The notes: a model not told the origin generated them from the sequence alone. Positions 28,079 to 37,264 are shown, counted from the stretch's first letter. The stretch is DNA of 64,000 nt from a candidate division WWE3 bacterium RAAC2_WWE3_1 (GCA_000503835.1 CP006914.1:785680-849679), one strand, 5' to 3'. Translations and numbers: made by a program.

Positions 28079-28672
28079 ATGAAGAAAACCCTGCCGTTAA
28101 TTATTATAGGTCTTGCCATCCTCGTGGGTCTATATCTCGCATTTCCCCGTACGGTAGATATAACAACGCAGGATATCGGAAGCGGTGTGCAGAAAACAGT
28201 GGAAATAGTAAAGGAGGAAGCAGATCTTAACATCGGAAATAAAGTAGATCTGACAAATAGAGGTTTAACCGCCGTTCCGAAAAGCGTGCTCGACAATTCG
28301 GGTATCATCGAACTCGATCTTTCAGGCAACCCTATTAGTTCAATGCCTTCCCAGGTACAAAACTGGAAAAATCTTAAGGTTTTTAAGGCCGAGAACAATA
28401 TCATGAAGTCTTTACCCGCGGAAATAAGACTTTGGTCGAAAATTGAATCGATAGATGTCAGCGGAAACGGTATGACGGACCTTCCGGCCGAAATTGGTCA
28501 GCTTAGGAATTTAAAAGTTCTGGATCTTTCGAACAACGACATAGACGAATTCCCTAACGAACTGTTAAACCTTACGCAGCTTGAAACACTGGATCTGAGG
28601 GGCAATCCGGTTAAGAGCGATCATCTTGAGAGGATAAAAGGTAAACTGACTGATACGGAAATTTTGTTTTAG
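28079..28672 (+). CDS. Leucine-rich repeat protein (secreted or membrane-anchored).
   Basis: N-terminal TM, then about six LRRs (LxLSxNxIxxxP). Confidence 0.7.
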   Translation: MKKTLPLIIIGLAILVGLYLAFPRTVDITTQDIGSGVQKTVEIVKEEADLNIGNKVDLTNRGLTAVPKSVLDNSGIIELDLSGNPISSMPSQVQNWKNLKVFKAENNIMKSLPAEIRLWSKIESIDVSGNGMTDLPAEIGQLRNLKVLDLSNNDIDEFPNELLNLTQLETLDLRGNPVKSDHLERIKGKLTDTEILF

Positions 28673-28709
28673 GTTTTTTGGTCGACCTTGTAACAGACAA
28701 CGTCTGCAG

Positions 28710-29348
28710 TTATTTTAGATTAATTTCCCGAACAAGTTTGTAGCCGGTTTCTTCCCCTCTTACTACTTGTATATTATTTATCATGAATGCCTTTGTCTTT
28801 GTATGTTCCAATAATTCCAGTCTTATCTTCTCCAGCCGGCTGTTGTTGTTCTTAACAAACCCTAAAGTTATATGCGGAAAATATTGGTTTATTACGAAAG
28901 GATTTCCATAAATTTTTAGCATTTCTTTCTGTTCTATATTATATTTTCTCCGGGGTTTCAGGTAATCTTTGCACACGCAGTTACCTTTATATTTTGATAC
29001 TTTTTCGACTATAGAACGATGAAGAGTTTTTAGCTCCGGGGTAGCTTCCAATTTCAGGTAAAATAATCCGAAGGGAAAGTACTCCAGTTTAGAAATTACG
29101 GTCTTTATACCGGACCGGTCTTTGAGTAAATCTTCAAGCTCCGAAATCACTTGAGGGATATTTTCTGTCGGAACATCCAGGTCATACATATTTAGATGGG
29201 GTCTGTTCGTGTCGGAAAATACAGATACCCCGTTATATTTAGAATTCAATATTTCGTTTATTATCGTGATTTCTTTAAAAAGTTCAGACTCTTTCCAAAC
29301 ATCACTTCCGATTCCTAACCATTCGCATTTAACGTTACTATTATTCAT
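28710..29348 (-). CDS. 2H phosphoesterase (LigT / 2'-5' RNA ligase-like) family protein.
   Basis: HITLGF and HLNMYDL H-x-T/S-x motifs. The ORF-track start at 29477 overlaps a tRNA; the internal Met (MNNSNV) is the likelier start. Confidence 0.45.
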   Translation of the reverse strand: MNNSNVKCEWLGIGSDVWKESELFKEITIINEILNSKYNGVSVFSDTNRPHLNMYDLDVPTENIPQVISELEDLLKDRSGIKTVISKLEYFPFGLFYLKLEATPELKTLHRSIVEKVSKYKGNCVCKDYLKPRRKYNIEQKEMLKIYGNPFVINQYFPHITLGFVKNNNSRLEKIRLELLEHTKTKAFMINNIQVVRGEETGYKLVREINLK

Positions 29349-29385
29349 TTGCTTGTATTTTGTCTTAATAACTGATGTTCTTTTC

Positions 29386-29462
29386 TGGTCGGGGTGACAG
29401 GACTCGAACCTGCGGCCTTTCGCACCCCATGCGAACGCGCTAGCCAACTGCGCCACACCCCG
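29386..29462 (-). tRNA. tRNA-Pro (anticodon GGG).
   Basis: The reverse complement CGGGGUGUGGCGCAGUUGGCUAGCGCGUUCGCAUGGGGUGCGAAAGGCCGCAGGUUCGAGUCCUGUCACCCCGACCA folds as a cloverleaf. Acceptor is 7 bp, T-loop TTCGAGT, U33, anticodon GGG, G37, encoded CCA. Confidence 0.85.
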
Positions 29463-29556
29463 ACGCCTACGAGTCAAAATTTACCATTATTCCGGTCAAA
29501 AATCCAACATTTAAGGTTGGAAAAGGATTTAGAAAAAGAAAAAGCGGCAAAATTTT

Positions 29557-30097
29557 TTAAGTTTTGCCGCTAAGCTTTTTGCCGAAACGATTTTTTAATT
29601 CTTTGAACTTTTCGGCTTTTTTGTCCGTACCGGGAGTATTGATTGGTTTCCTTTTCGGTTTCGCTAATTGGGTTTTGGAAAAGAAACCCCAATTTAAGAT
29701 AACTCCCTCTTTGCTTAACTCGCCCAAGAGCCGGGTTGGGTTCTTACTCGACTTAAAGGCGTACTGGAGATTGGTCAGGTTCGTTGAGCGGGTTGGTGCA
29801 GCTCCCCAAAGCTCAATCCTTTTGTAGGTGCTTTGGACCTCGCTTTTTGTGCCCTGACCTGTCAGTTCTACCCAGAACTCGTACACGGTATTTCCGTCCT
29901 TTCTGCCCGCCGTAAAAAAGCAGCGAACGCGGTATTTGATGCAGTGCATCCATGACGTCCGGCTGTCGATCCGACTTAATGACCACGCGGCCATTATCTT
30001 CAACGGTAACTACTGCGAACTTATCCACGGAAAGAACAAAACGTGCAAAGTTCTCAGCAGCCTTGCCGTGCATAGGCGGCCCATTCATAACAATCAT
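29557..30097 (-). CDS. Hypothetical Lys-rich protein; apparent frameshift in an A6/T6 tract (29895-29900).
   Basis: Two overlapping minus-strand ORFs (29813..30097 and 29557..30003) join at the homopolymer and give one plausible protein of about 180 aa. Confidence 0.35.
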
Positions 30098-30166
30098 TTT
30101 TTCTCCTTTCTTTTGTTTTTTGATTTCTGAACACGAATGTTACACGATAAAAGGGGAAAAGGAAAA

Positions 30167-30859
30167 TCAAAGAGGTTTAATTAGTTTTATTTTGTATATT
30201 TGGCGTACCTTGCCAAAAGCCAGTTTTTTTGCCCAGCTTGAGCCTATATCCGTAAGTTTCTCTTTAGGAAAAAGCTCCATCTTATCCAATTTCATTGTTC
30301 CCGGCAGTGTTATAAATGCCCGTACGACGACATTTTCAATATATTCCCGGGAAAGCTCCGGAAGTTCCAGCCTGTCCGATTCGGATGGCTCCAGCTCAGG
30401 CGAATACCCAAGTATTAACTCTAATTCACCGGATGCCTTTAACAACGCTGTAATCTTGTTAACAGCCTCTTTAGTCGGATTCACTACCTGACCCAAAAGC
30501 GACCCCCAGGGAAGAATAATGCTCACTTTATCAGCAATTTCCGTCATGGTTACCGGTAAGTTTTCCAGGGAGGACACCAAAAAGAGGACGTTACCGAGCT
30601 TTTTTCGCACAGATTTGACCGAATACTCCTTCAACTGCTTTTCTACCGGATCAACCCCAATATACAGTGTGTCCGGATCATGCAGAGCTGATTCATACAC
30701 AAATCTTCCGTCTCCGGTGCCGAAGTCGAGGTGAACAAATGAGTATTTAACGGCCATTTCTCTCAGGTCTTCTACCGAAATATCAATTGTCTTATTACCT
30801 TTTACCGACTTCATGCGGTAATGATAGAATAAGGCCGTGCATAAAGCAAAAGACAACAT
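30167..30859 (-). CDS. Kam-family (KamB/NpmA-like) 16S rRNA (adenine1408-N1)-methyltransferase-like protein.
   Basis: VHLDFGTGDGRF...YIGVDPV; PWGSLL and SSWAKKLAFG resemble the NpmA/KamB motifs PWGTLL and SLWAKRLAFG. Confidence 0.6.
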   Translation of the reverse strand: MLSFALCTALFYHYRMKSVKGNKTIDISVEDLREMAVKYSFVHLDFGTGDGRFVYESALHDPDTLYIGVDPVEKQLKEYSVKSVRKKLGNVLFLVSSLENLPVTMTEIADKVSIILPWGSLLGQVVNPTKEAVNKITALLKASGELELILGYSPELEPSESDRLELPELSREYIENVVVRAFITLPGTMKLDKMELFPKEKLTDIGSSWAKKLAFGKVRQIYKIKLIKPL

Positions 30860-31646
30860 TTTAGCCGTCTGGCAGCCTGTCGGAGTGTCGACAAACCGCC
30901 TCTCCCAAATAGTGGGTGAGCGGTATGGTGCGCTTTCAAGTCATACGGGTACTCTGGATCCGATGGCGGAAGGTGTAGTAATAATTTTATTGAAGGACAC
31001 CCGTCTTAAGAAATATGAATTTGCTCACTGGCACAAAACCTATGAGTTTCAAATTATTTTTGGCATGTCTACGGATTCTTATGACGCGATGGGTTTCACT
31101 ACAGGAAAAAATAACCACGTTCCTTCTAAAAGGGAAATTGAAAATATACTGCCCAGCTTTGTCGGCTCATACTCTCAAAATGTTCCCATGTATTCCGCGG
31201 TAAAAGTAAAAGGGAAAAAACTTTTTGAAATAGCACATGCCGGCGAGACTCTGGAAAGCACACCTTTGAAAAAAGGGGAGATTTTCAACCTGAATTTAAA
31301 AAAATACAGCGAGGCGTCCCTTAATGAATGTATTAAAAACATCATAAGAAGATTGAACTCGGTCAAAGGAGACTTCAGGCAGGAGCCCATTCTTTCACAA
31401 TGGAAAAAGTTTGCGGACACCGACCGTAAAGTTATCAAAGCCAAATTCGAGGTAGAGATGTCGAAAGGCTTGTATGTACGTTCTTTATCTCAGGATATTT
31501 GTAACAAATTAGGCTGTTTGGGATTTACTTACACAATAGTCAGAACGAAAAACGGCAGTTACGGAAAAAAGGAAGCGGTAACAGTAGAGAAGTTATTTGG
31601 CTCCCGGCGCGATTTCGACAACTTTGTTTCGGGAGTTAAATCCTGA
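30837..31646 (+). CDS. truB: tRNA pseudouridine55 synthase.
   Basis: HTGTLDPMAEGVVII catalytic Asp motif. Confidence 0.8.
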   Translation: MHKAKDNILAVWQPVGVSTNRLSQIVGERYGALSSHTGTLDPMAEGVVIILLKDTRLKKYEFAHWHKTYEFQIIFGMSTDSYDAMGFTTGKNNHVPSKREIENILPSFVGSYSQNVPMYSAVKVKGKKLFEIAHAGETLESTPLKKGEIFNLNLKKYSEASLNECIKNIIRRLNSVKGDFRQEPILSQWKKFADTDRKVIKAKFEVEMSKGLYVRSLSQDICNKLGCLGFTYTIVRTKNGSYGKKEAVTVEKLFGSRRDFDNFVSGVKS

Positions 31647-31820
31647 CACGATGCTGATCCTGCTTTTCGCAATGCCAAAATAATCGGATAAAGTATCGAT
31701 TAGCTCGTTGTTAGCCTCATTTTCTTTTGCAACGGCTTTTACCGAAATCCTGAAGATTCCGTTAGATTGTTCAATTTTCGGTTCTTTTGCTCCAGGCTTT
31801 AAAAGTACATGGATTCTCAT
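31593..31820 (-). CDS. DUF167 (YggU/UPF0235) family protein.
   Basis: 75 aa with an ISVKAVAKENEAN...IAKSRISIVSG pattern. Confidence 0.6.
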   Translation of the reverse strand: MRIHVLLKPGAKEPKIEQSNGIFRISVKAVAKENEANNELIDTLSDYFGIAKSRISIVSGFNSRNKVVEIAPGAK

Positions 31821-31875
31821 ACGTCTATATATGATAATATATTTTGGCGTTCTTTTTAATTACCGGGAGGAATTT

Positions 31876-32238
31876 ATGAATTTAGATATAGTTACAAAAA
31901 GACTTAAAATTATTTCGGATTTGCAGGAAGAGTTAAATGGCGTAAGAGCTGCCTATCAGGAGTCACTCGAAAACGACCCTGCTTACCAGGAATTGCAGGA
32001 AGAGGCGTCCAAATTTAGGGAAAGTTCCAAAGATAAAAAAATTCAGGTAGCTTCCAGCCAGACAATGAAAGCTATGGCCGATCAGATGAAAGAGCTCAAG
32101 ACCGAGATTACAGAGAATAAGGACATTCTGGGTCAGGAGCTGGCTGACTACTACAAAGAGAGCGGCTCGATGGAAATTACTGATGAAGATGGGAACGTTA
32201 AAAGGATAGTGTTCTCAGTAAAACTTATAAACGGGTAA
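31876..32238 (+). CDS. Hypothetical coiled-coil protein.
   Basis: GGAGG RBS 7 nt upstream of the ATG at 31876. The ORF-track start at 31708 overlaps the gene on the opposite strand. Confidence 0.4.
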   Translation: MNLDIVTKRLKIISDLQEELNGVRAAYQESLENDPAYQELQEEASKFRESSKDKKIQVASSQTMKAMADQMKELKTEITENKDILGQELADYYKESGSMEITDEDGNVKRIVFSVKLING

Positions 32239-32253
32239 TGGCTACAAAAAAAG

Positions 32254-32286
32254 AAGAGACAGGTTTTTTATACGCTGTCTCTTTTT
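32254..32286 (+). terminator. Rho-independent terminator.
   Basis: AAGAGACAG, loop, CTGTCTCTT, then TTTTT. Confidence 0.45.
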
Positions 32287-32318
32287 AGTACTCTCTGCTT
32301 CACGAATTTATGTCTTCT

Positions 32319-32771
32319 TTAGTGGGCATTGTTCCTTCTGTAATCCCACACAAGAGCGGCGCATAAGAAACAAAAACGGGAAATCCGCATGCCGTATTCG
32401 GTCTTATCTGCCCGATTTGTTGTAAATTTATCAGCGCCCCCTGCCCGGAAGTTGTCACTCAACTTCCTGTAAATTTTATCCGCGCTGTCAGTCCCGTTAC
32501 AAGCGTTGTAGGCCAGCGAGAATAAACTGCAGGCATCTTCCGAATCTTCAAGAAGAGCCATTTTTCCTGCAGTCATGATTTGCCGCCTGGTTTCGGCTAC
32601 GGCTTCGTTATTTGCTTCCAGAAGGTTCTTAACTGCTTCTTCTGAAATAGCCCGCACACTTTCCCGCAAAATCGTGTGGATTTTCGTAACTGTTTCCTGG
32701 GGAACGTCGTGGAACAGGCCCCAGATATAAGTACCTTTTGCCAATTCGACAAAAAATTCATGTGAACGCAT
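32319..32771 (-). CDS. Hypothetical protein.
   Basis: ORF only. Confidence 0.3.
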   Translation of the reverse strand: MRSHEFFVELAKGTYIWGLFHDVPQETVTKIHTILRESVRAISEEAVKNLLEANNEAVAETRRQIMTAGKMALLEDSEDACSLFSLAYNACNGTDSADKIYRKLSDNFRAGGADKFTTNRADKTEYGMRISRFCFLCAALVWDYRRNNAH

Positions 32772-32989
32772 TGTTTTAGCTCCCTTTCTAGTGGACTATT
32801 TCGCATCATTGTAACATCAGACAATAACATAGTCAACCTATAGCGTTAGAGTGCACGCGCAAAACCTATTGCCAAACCGCCCTTTTATGAGAGAATATCA
32901 ATGTTATGAGCATTAGAAAAAAGAAAAAAGACGCACAAAAGAATAAAATGATCAGAAAGCACAGAAAGAAGTTCCGAAGGGTCAGCTAG

Positions 32990-33766
32990 TCACTTTTTTG
33001 TTGTATTTCCACCAAATCTTCTATCCCTGGTATTGTAATCCTCTATAGCTTTCACTAACTCTTTTTCATCGAAATCAGGCATATGTACGTCGGCGAAGTA
33101 TATTTCGCTGTAAGCTGTTTGCCACGGTAAAAACCCGCTTAACCGTCTTTCCCCCGAGGTTCTTATCAAAAGGTCGGGGTATGGGTAAAGTTGTTCTTTG
33201 GTGTCAAAATAGTTCTTGAGCGCATATAAAGGATACTTTTTTGCGTATTTACCTGTGACGTTTCTGAGTTCTTCTGCTTTAACCCCGCCACTTTTTACAT
33301 CTTTCAATACTTTTTCGATAACCCTGAGAATTTCATCCTGACCGCCGTAGTCGATAGCCATGTTCAGGTCGTAGTTAGAGTAGTTCTTGGTCTCTTCTTC
33401 AGCCTGAATAAGTCCCTTTCTCAACGACTCGGGTATTCTGTCTTTTCTTCCCAGGTGGTAGATTCTCACTCCATATTTATGGGCGTCCTTCATATTATCT
33501 AAAATATAGCTCTCGAAGATTTTCATTAAGTAAGACACCTCTTCGTCAGAGCGGTTCCAGTTCTCGGTAGAAAATCCCCAGAAGGTCAGTGTGTGTACGC
33601 CGAGTTCCCTGGATTTGTGCATGATGTTCTTAACGGCTTCAAAACCTCTTCTATGGCCTTCAAACGCGGGCAACCCGTGCTCTTTCGCCCATCTGCGGTT
33701 TCCATCCGGGATTATTGCTATGTGGTTGGGAATATTAAGTTGTTGGACGGTTTCCCCTTTTTCCAT
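32990..33766 (-). CDS. uppS: Undecaprenyl diphosphate synthase.
   Basis: HIAIIPDGNRRWA and FSTENWNR motifs. Confidence 0.85.
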   Translation of the reverse strand: MEKGETVQQLNIPNHIAIIPDGNRRWAKEHGLPAFEGHRRGFEAVKNIMHKSRELGVHTLTFWGFSTENWNRSDEEVSYLMKIFESYILDNMKDAHKYGVRIYHLGRKDRIPESLRKGLIQAEEETKNYSNYDLNMAIDYGGQDEILRVIEKVLKDVKSGGVKAEELRNVTGKYAKKYPLYALKNYFDTKEQLYPYPDLLIRTSGERRLSGFLPWQTAYSEIYFADVHMPDFDEKELVKAIEDYNTRDRRFGGNTTKK

Positions 33767-33801
33767 ACTTGTTCAGAATTTGCCGTAACCCGTCCATTTT
33801 A

Positions 33802-34284
33802 CTATAACAGCGATTGTATGTCCCGAAGGACCTCTTTCGCGTGCTCTGCCGGTTTTACGTTTTCGTAAATTTTGGCAATTTTGCCACGGGGATCGATTAG
33901 GAAGGATGTGCGGCGGATTCCCATGAAAGTTTTTCCCATGAAACTTTTCATGCCCCAGACCCCGTACGCTTCCACAACCTTTTTTTCTGTATCCGAAAGG
34001 ATTGTAAAGGGTAAAGAATGTTTACCACCGAACTTTTTGTGACTTTCCACTGAATCTGTGCTAATTCCTACTACCCCGATTCCGGCTTTCTTGAACTCCC
34101 CCCAGTTATCTCTTATTTCGCATGCCTCCGTGGTACATCCGGGTGTGTTGTCCTTCGGGTAAAAGTATATAAGCAGCCACTTGTCTGAGAATTCCTTTAA
34201 CGTTCTGACATTGCTGTTTTGGTCGGGCAGTGAGAACTGTGCCGCAACGTCCCCCACATTTAATTTTTTATTTTCCTTGTTCAT
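33802..34284 (-). CDS. bcp: Peroxiredoxin Bcp (thiol peroxidase).
   Basis: FYPKDNTPGCTTEAC peroxidatic Cys motif. Confidence 0.8.
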   Translation of the reverse strand: MNKENKKLNVGDVAAQFSLPDQNSNVRTLKEFSDKWLLIYFYPKDNTPGCTTEACEIRDNWGEFKKAGIGVVGISTDSVESHKKFGGKHSLPFTILSDTEKKVVEAYGVWGMKSFMGKTFMGIRRTSFLIDPRGKIAKIYENVKPAEHAKEVLRDIQSLL

Positions 34285-34306
34285 TTTTTATGGGTAGCGA
34301 AAAATT

Positions 34307-34681
34307 TTACAGGTTAAGGTCGTCCAGATTGGTTTCGATAATGAGCTGATCCATTTCTTCAATATTGACACTATCAATCTCTTCAATCTGCTCTTCCGAG
34401 GTCTTTTCTTTTTCCGTCACCGGTTGTTCTTTCTTTACTTCTTCCGTAATCGGTTCTCTCTGTAATTGTTCCGCGGGTGTTTTGCCCTTGACCATCGTCT
34501 GGTAGACGAATAATCCTATGGCCGCTAATATCACTAAAAACCCGACTACCAGGAAGACCTTCAGACCTTTTCCGGCACCGTATTTGTTTAGCTCGTCTTC
34601 TACAGGCTTAGGTGTGTTCCAGTCGGGCATCGGTTCTGCCTGAGGTTGTTGTTCTATTGGTGTGTTAATTTGTTCATCCAT
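34307..34681 (-). CDS. Hypothetical acidic single-TM protein.
   Basis: ORF only. Confidence 0.3.
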   Translation of the reverse strand: MDEQINTPIEQQPQAEPMPDWNTPKPVEDELNKYGAGKGLKVFLVVGFLVILAAIGLFVYQTMVKGKTPAEQLQREPITEEVKKEQPVTEKEKTSEEQIEEIDSVNIEEMDQLIIETNLDDLNL

Positions 34682-34701
34682 ATTTTTTCTCCTTATTAAA
34701 A

Positions 34702-35364
34702 TTAATCCTGTTCCTCTTCTGTATCCGTAGCTTCATTTTCCGGTTTTTCGTTCTGTTCCCGGTTAAGTTTCTCTTCTTTTATTTGTTCTCTCATAGCTGC
34801 AATATGGGGTTTTACCTCTGTAAGATAGAAGTCTTTAATTTCCTGTATAACTTCTCTGGTTGCTGCAAGTTCTTCTCTGGCGGTCTTTAGTGCCTGTGTG
34901 AAGTTAATGTCGGAATCCTCGCAGGAAGCTGATTTTAATTCTTCAAGTTTGGCAAGATAATCGGAATAATTGGCTTTTAGTTTTTCGGAAAGCTCGTCCA
35001 GCTTAGTCATGTCTGTTTCCAAGGCGGTAATATTTTCTCCGGTGTACCCGTCTTCTTTTAGTCTGTTCACGAGATTTTCAAGTTTGTTTCCAAGGCCCAG
35101 GTATATTCCCTGATGTCTTTTTTCCAAATTTTTGTAGCGTGCAATCTTGTCCGCAATCCTTTGTGTCACGAGCTCGCATCTTCTTTCCTGGTTTTCAGCC
35201 TTTGTTAGCTGAACCCGCGGGGCGTCCAACTTGGGAAGGCTTTCATTCTGAAGATTTTTTCCCTCGCCGGCCGGAAGTACATTTTGAGTGGCGGAGGTGT
35301 ATACAAGAGGGGAGATAAACAACAAAGAAACAACAGCAAGTTTAGTGAGAGTGTTAGTTTTCAT
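34702..35364 (-). CDS. Hypothetical secreted coiled-coil protein.
   Basis: Signal peptide, then heptad-rich sequence. Confidence 0.3.
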   Translation of the reverse strand: MKTNTLTKLAVVSLLFISPLVYTSATQNVLPAGEGKNLQNESLPKLDAPRVQLTKAENQERRCELVTQRIADKIARYKNLEKRHQGIYLGLGNKLENLVNRLKEDGYTGENITALETDMTKLDELSEKLKANYSDYLAKLEELKSASCEDSDINFTQALKTAREELAATREVIQEIKDFYLTEVKPHIAAMREQIKEEKLNREQNEKPENEATDTEEEQD

Positions 35365-35371
35365 AGCGTTA

Positions 35372-35956
35372 TTATACGAATTGTTTGGTTAGTTTGGCAA
35401 ATTCGGCGGCGGTCATAAATTCGGGAGTTGGGTGGTCAATATAGTTAGGATTAGGTTCTATATCCGCTGTTCCGTCCTTTTTCACCAGGTAGAAAGCCAT
35501 TCCGTGCAGTTCTTCAATCTCTTCGTAGTCGGCGGGGGTATGACCGTGTGTCCAGTTGTCCATGGTAATTAGGGGGTCGTCGCCTACGTTGCTTAAACAA
35601 TGTCCCCACTCCTGTGTTATTACGAGCTCATCTCCGGGCAGAATGCTCACAATGACAAATCTGTCTACTTTATTAGGTGTCCACGAACCGCCCTCGAAAT
35701 GTTTTTCCTGCAAAAGAAGTATCCCTTTACCGCTCACTACGCGGTACGTTTCTTCATGGGGGTCGTTGTGATAGTGGCCGAACGTCTTTATAAATTCCTG
35801 TCCGTAAGTTCCGGGTGTAAGAACGGTCATGTTTTCCCAGCGGTTGTTCCGGGTTACACCGGAGAAAACCCAGTAAGCAAAATCCGGTCCTTTTTCTTCG
35901 GGACTTAACAGAACCGGAGACAGCTCTTCTTTTGTCCTTACTGTTTTAATTTGCAC
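35372..35956 (-). CDS. Cupin-type glucose-6-phosphate isomerase (archaeal-type cPGI)-like.
   Basis: TPGTYGQEFIKTFGHYH...EETYRVVSG resembles the cPGI TxGxxGxEFxKTxGHxH metal motif. Confidence 0.55.
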   Translation of the reverse strand: MQIKTVRTKEELSPVLLSPEEKGPDFAYWVFSGVTRNNRWENMTVLTPGTYGQEFIKTFGHYHNDPHEETYRVVSGKGILLLQEKHFEGGSWTPNKVDRFVIVSILPGDELVITQEWGHCLSNVGDDPLITMDNWTHGHTPADYEEIEELHGMAFYLVKKDGTADIEPNPNYIDHPTPEFMTAAEFAKLTKQFV

Positions 35957-35965
35957 GGGCAGCAG

Positions 35966-36679
35966 TTAGTAATTTATCAGAACGTTAACATTTCCGGTCG
36001 TTTTTAGTTCTGCAATGTAGTTGTAATATTCCTGGCTCATTTTAGTCTGTTTGAGGCTTTCCCTGACCAGCGAGCGTCCCTGCTCATCATCGGTAATTTC
36101 AGGAAAGTTTTCCTTATTTTCTTCGATGTATTGTGTTACCTCTTCCTCTGATACCGTAACTTTGTCCTGCATTAATTTCTCTATGAGGGCGATATGTCTC
36201 ACCTGATCTCTAAAATCAGTTTCGGTCATTCCGTTCTGTTCAAGGAACTGTTCCATTGTTTGTCCGCCCTGCACAATACCGTCCTGTATAGTTGCTATTT
36301 TGATATTAATTTCATCTTCGGAGACAACTATGTTTTTTGCGGCGGCCTCATTTTGTACGAGCCTTTTTTCTATCATATTGTTCAAGGCCTGTTCTCCAAG
36401 CTGAGCCTCAAGTACTTTTACAATTTCCCATCTGTATATGGGTTTGCCTTGAACTGTCGCAGCTATAAATAGGGACTTATTGTTATACAAAAGGGCGCCG
36501 AGGGCGAGAACCACAAGAGCGAGCACAAGTGCCCTGTTCTTTTTGAGCTCTCTTCCTATAAAACCTGCGGCCTCCTTGAATTTAACCGGCTCTAACTTTT
36601 TCAACTTAATCTCTATATTCTCCGACTTTTCCGGAACTTTTTCCTCTTCGATATTATGTGTTTTTTCTTTTTTATCCAT
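35966..36679 (-). CDS. SurA-N/PrsA-like periplasmic chaperone domain protein (no PPIase domain).
   Basis: Single TM plus a SurA N-terminal-like helical domain. The start is taken at the internal Met (MDKKEK). Confidence 0.4.
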   Translation of the reverse strand: MDKKEKTHNIEEEKVPEKSENIEIKLKKLEPVKFKEAAGFIGRELKKNRALVLALVVLALGALLYNNKSLFIAATVQGKPIYRWEIVKVLEAQLGEQALNNMIEKRLVQNEAAAKNIVVSEDEINIKIATIQDGIVQGGQTMEQFLEQNGMTETDFRDQVRHIALIEKLMQDKVTVSEEEVTQYIEENKENFPEITDDEQGRSLVRESLKQTKMSQEYYNYIAELKTTGNVNVLINY

Positions 36680-36714
36680 TGCGAAAGTATAGCACAAAAA
36701 TATGCGTTTATAGT

Positions 36715-37173
36715 TTAATTTAATACTACTATGCTTAGATTCAGAATAGCGGCAAAACCGACCCATATTATATAGGGAATAAATAAACGGGCTGCCACTT
36801 TAGACATTTTTCTAAAGCTCAGGGCGGTCAGGATAATTACCGTTTCAAGTACGACAATCTCAGCTAAAGCTATACCCGGTTCTCTCATTCCAAAGAAGAT
36901 CACAGACCAGAGAGCATTCAGGCTCAACTGTATAGCATAAAGTATTATCGCCTTTGTTTTGTCTTGTTGCGGGGAATCTTTTTTCCAGACCAGATAAAGG
37001 GCAATTGCCATAAGAATATATAAAAGGCTCCACACCGGGGCAAATATCCATTCGGGAGGACTAAAAAAGGGTTTGTTTAGGCTCGCGTACCAGGTGCTGA
37101 TGTTCGGTGTTGTGAAATAGGATCCGAGAGCCGCGGCCGCGAAAGTTACGATTAAGGATATTATTAGTTTCAT
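36715..37173 (-). CDS. tspO: TspO/MBR tryptophan-rich sensory protein.
   Basis: WYASLNKPFFSPPEWIFAPVWSLLY; 5-TM topology. Confidence 0.7.
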   Translation of the reverse strand: MKLIISLIVTFAAAALGSYFTTPNISTWYASLNKPFFSPPEWIFAPVWSLLYILMAIALYLVWKKDSPQQDKTKAIILYAIQLSLNALWSVIFFGMREPGIALAEIVVLETVIILTALSFRKMSKVAARLFIPYIIWVGFAAILNLSIVVLN

Positions 37174-37264
37174 TTATCGGTTGGACTGCGCGTCCGTTAA
37201 AAATAATTAACCTGTATTTATTATACATTTTTGAAGCACACCCATCCGTTATATAATCGACAGG

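Noticed and set aside
29349-29477. The N-terminal 43 codons of the 255-aa ORF (MTRRRRGVAQLASAFAWGAKGRRFESCHPD...).
   Set aside because: This stretch is the antisense translation of tRNA-Pro. The CDS start was moved to the internal Met at 29348.
31708-31875. The 5' extension of the 176-aa ORF.
   Set aside because: It overlaps the DUF167 gene on the opposite strand. A GGAGG-ATG start at 31876 is more plausible.
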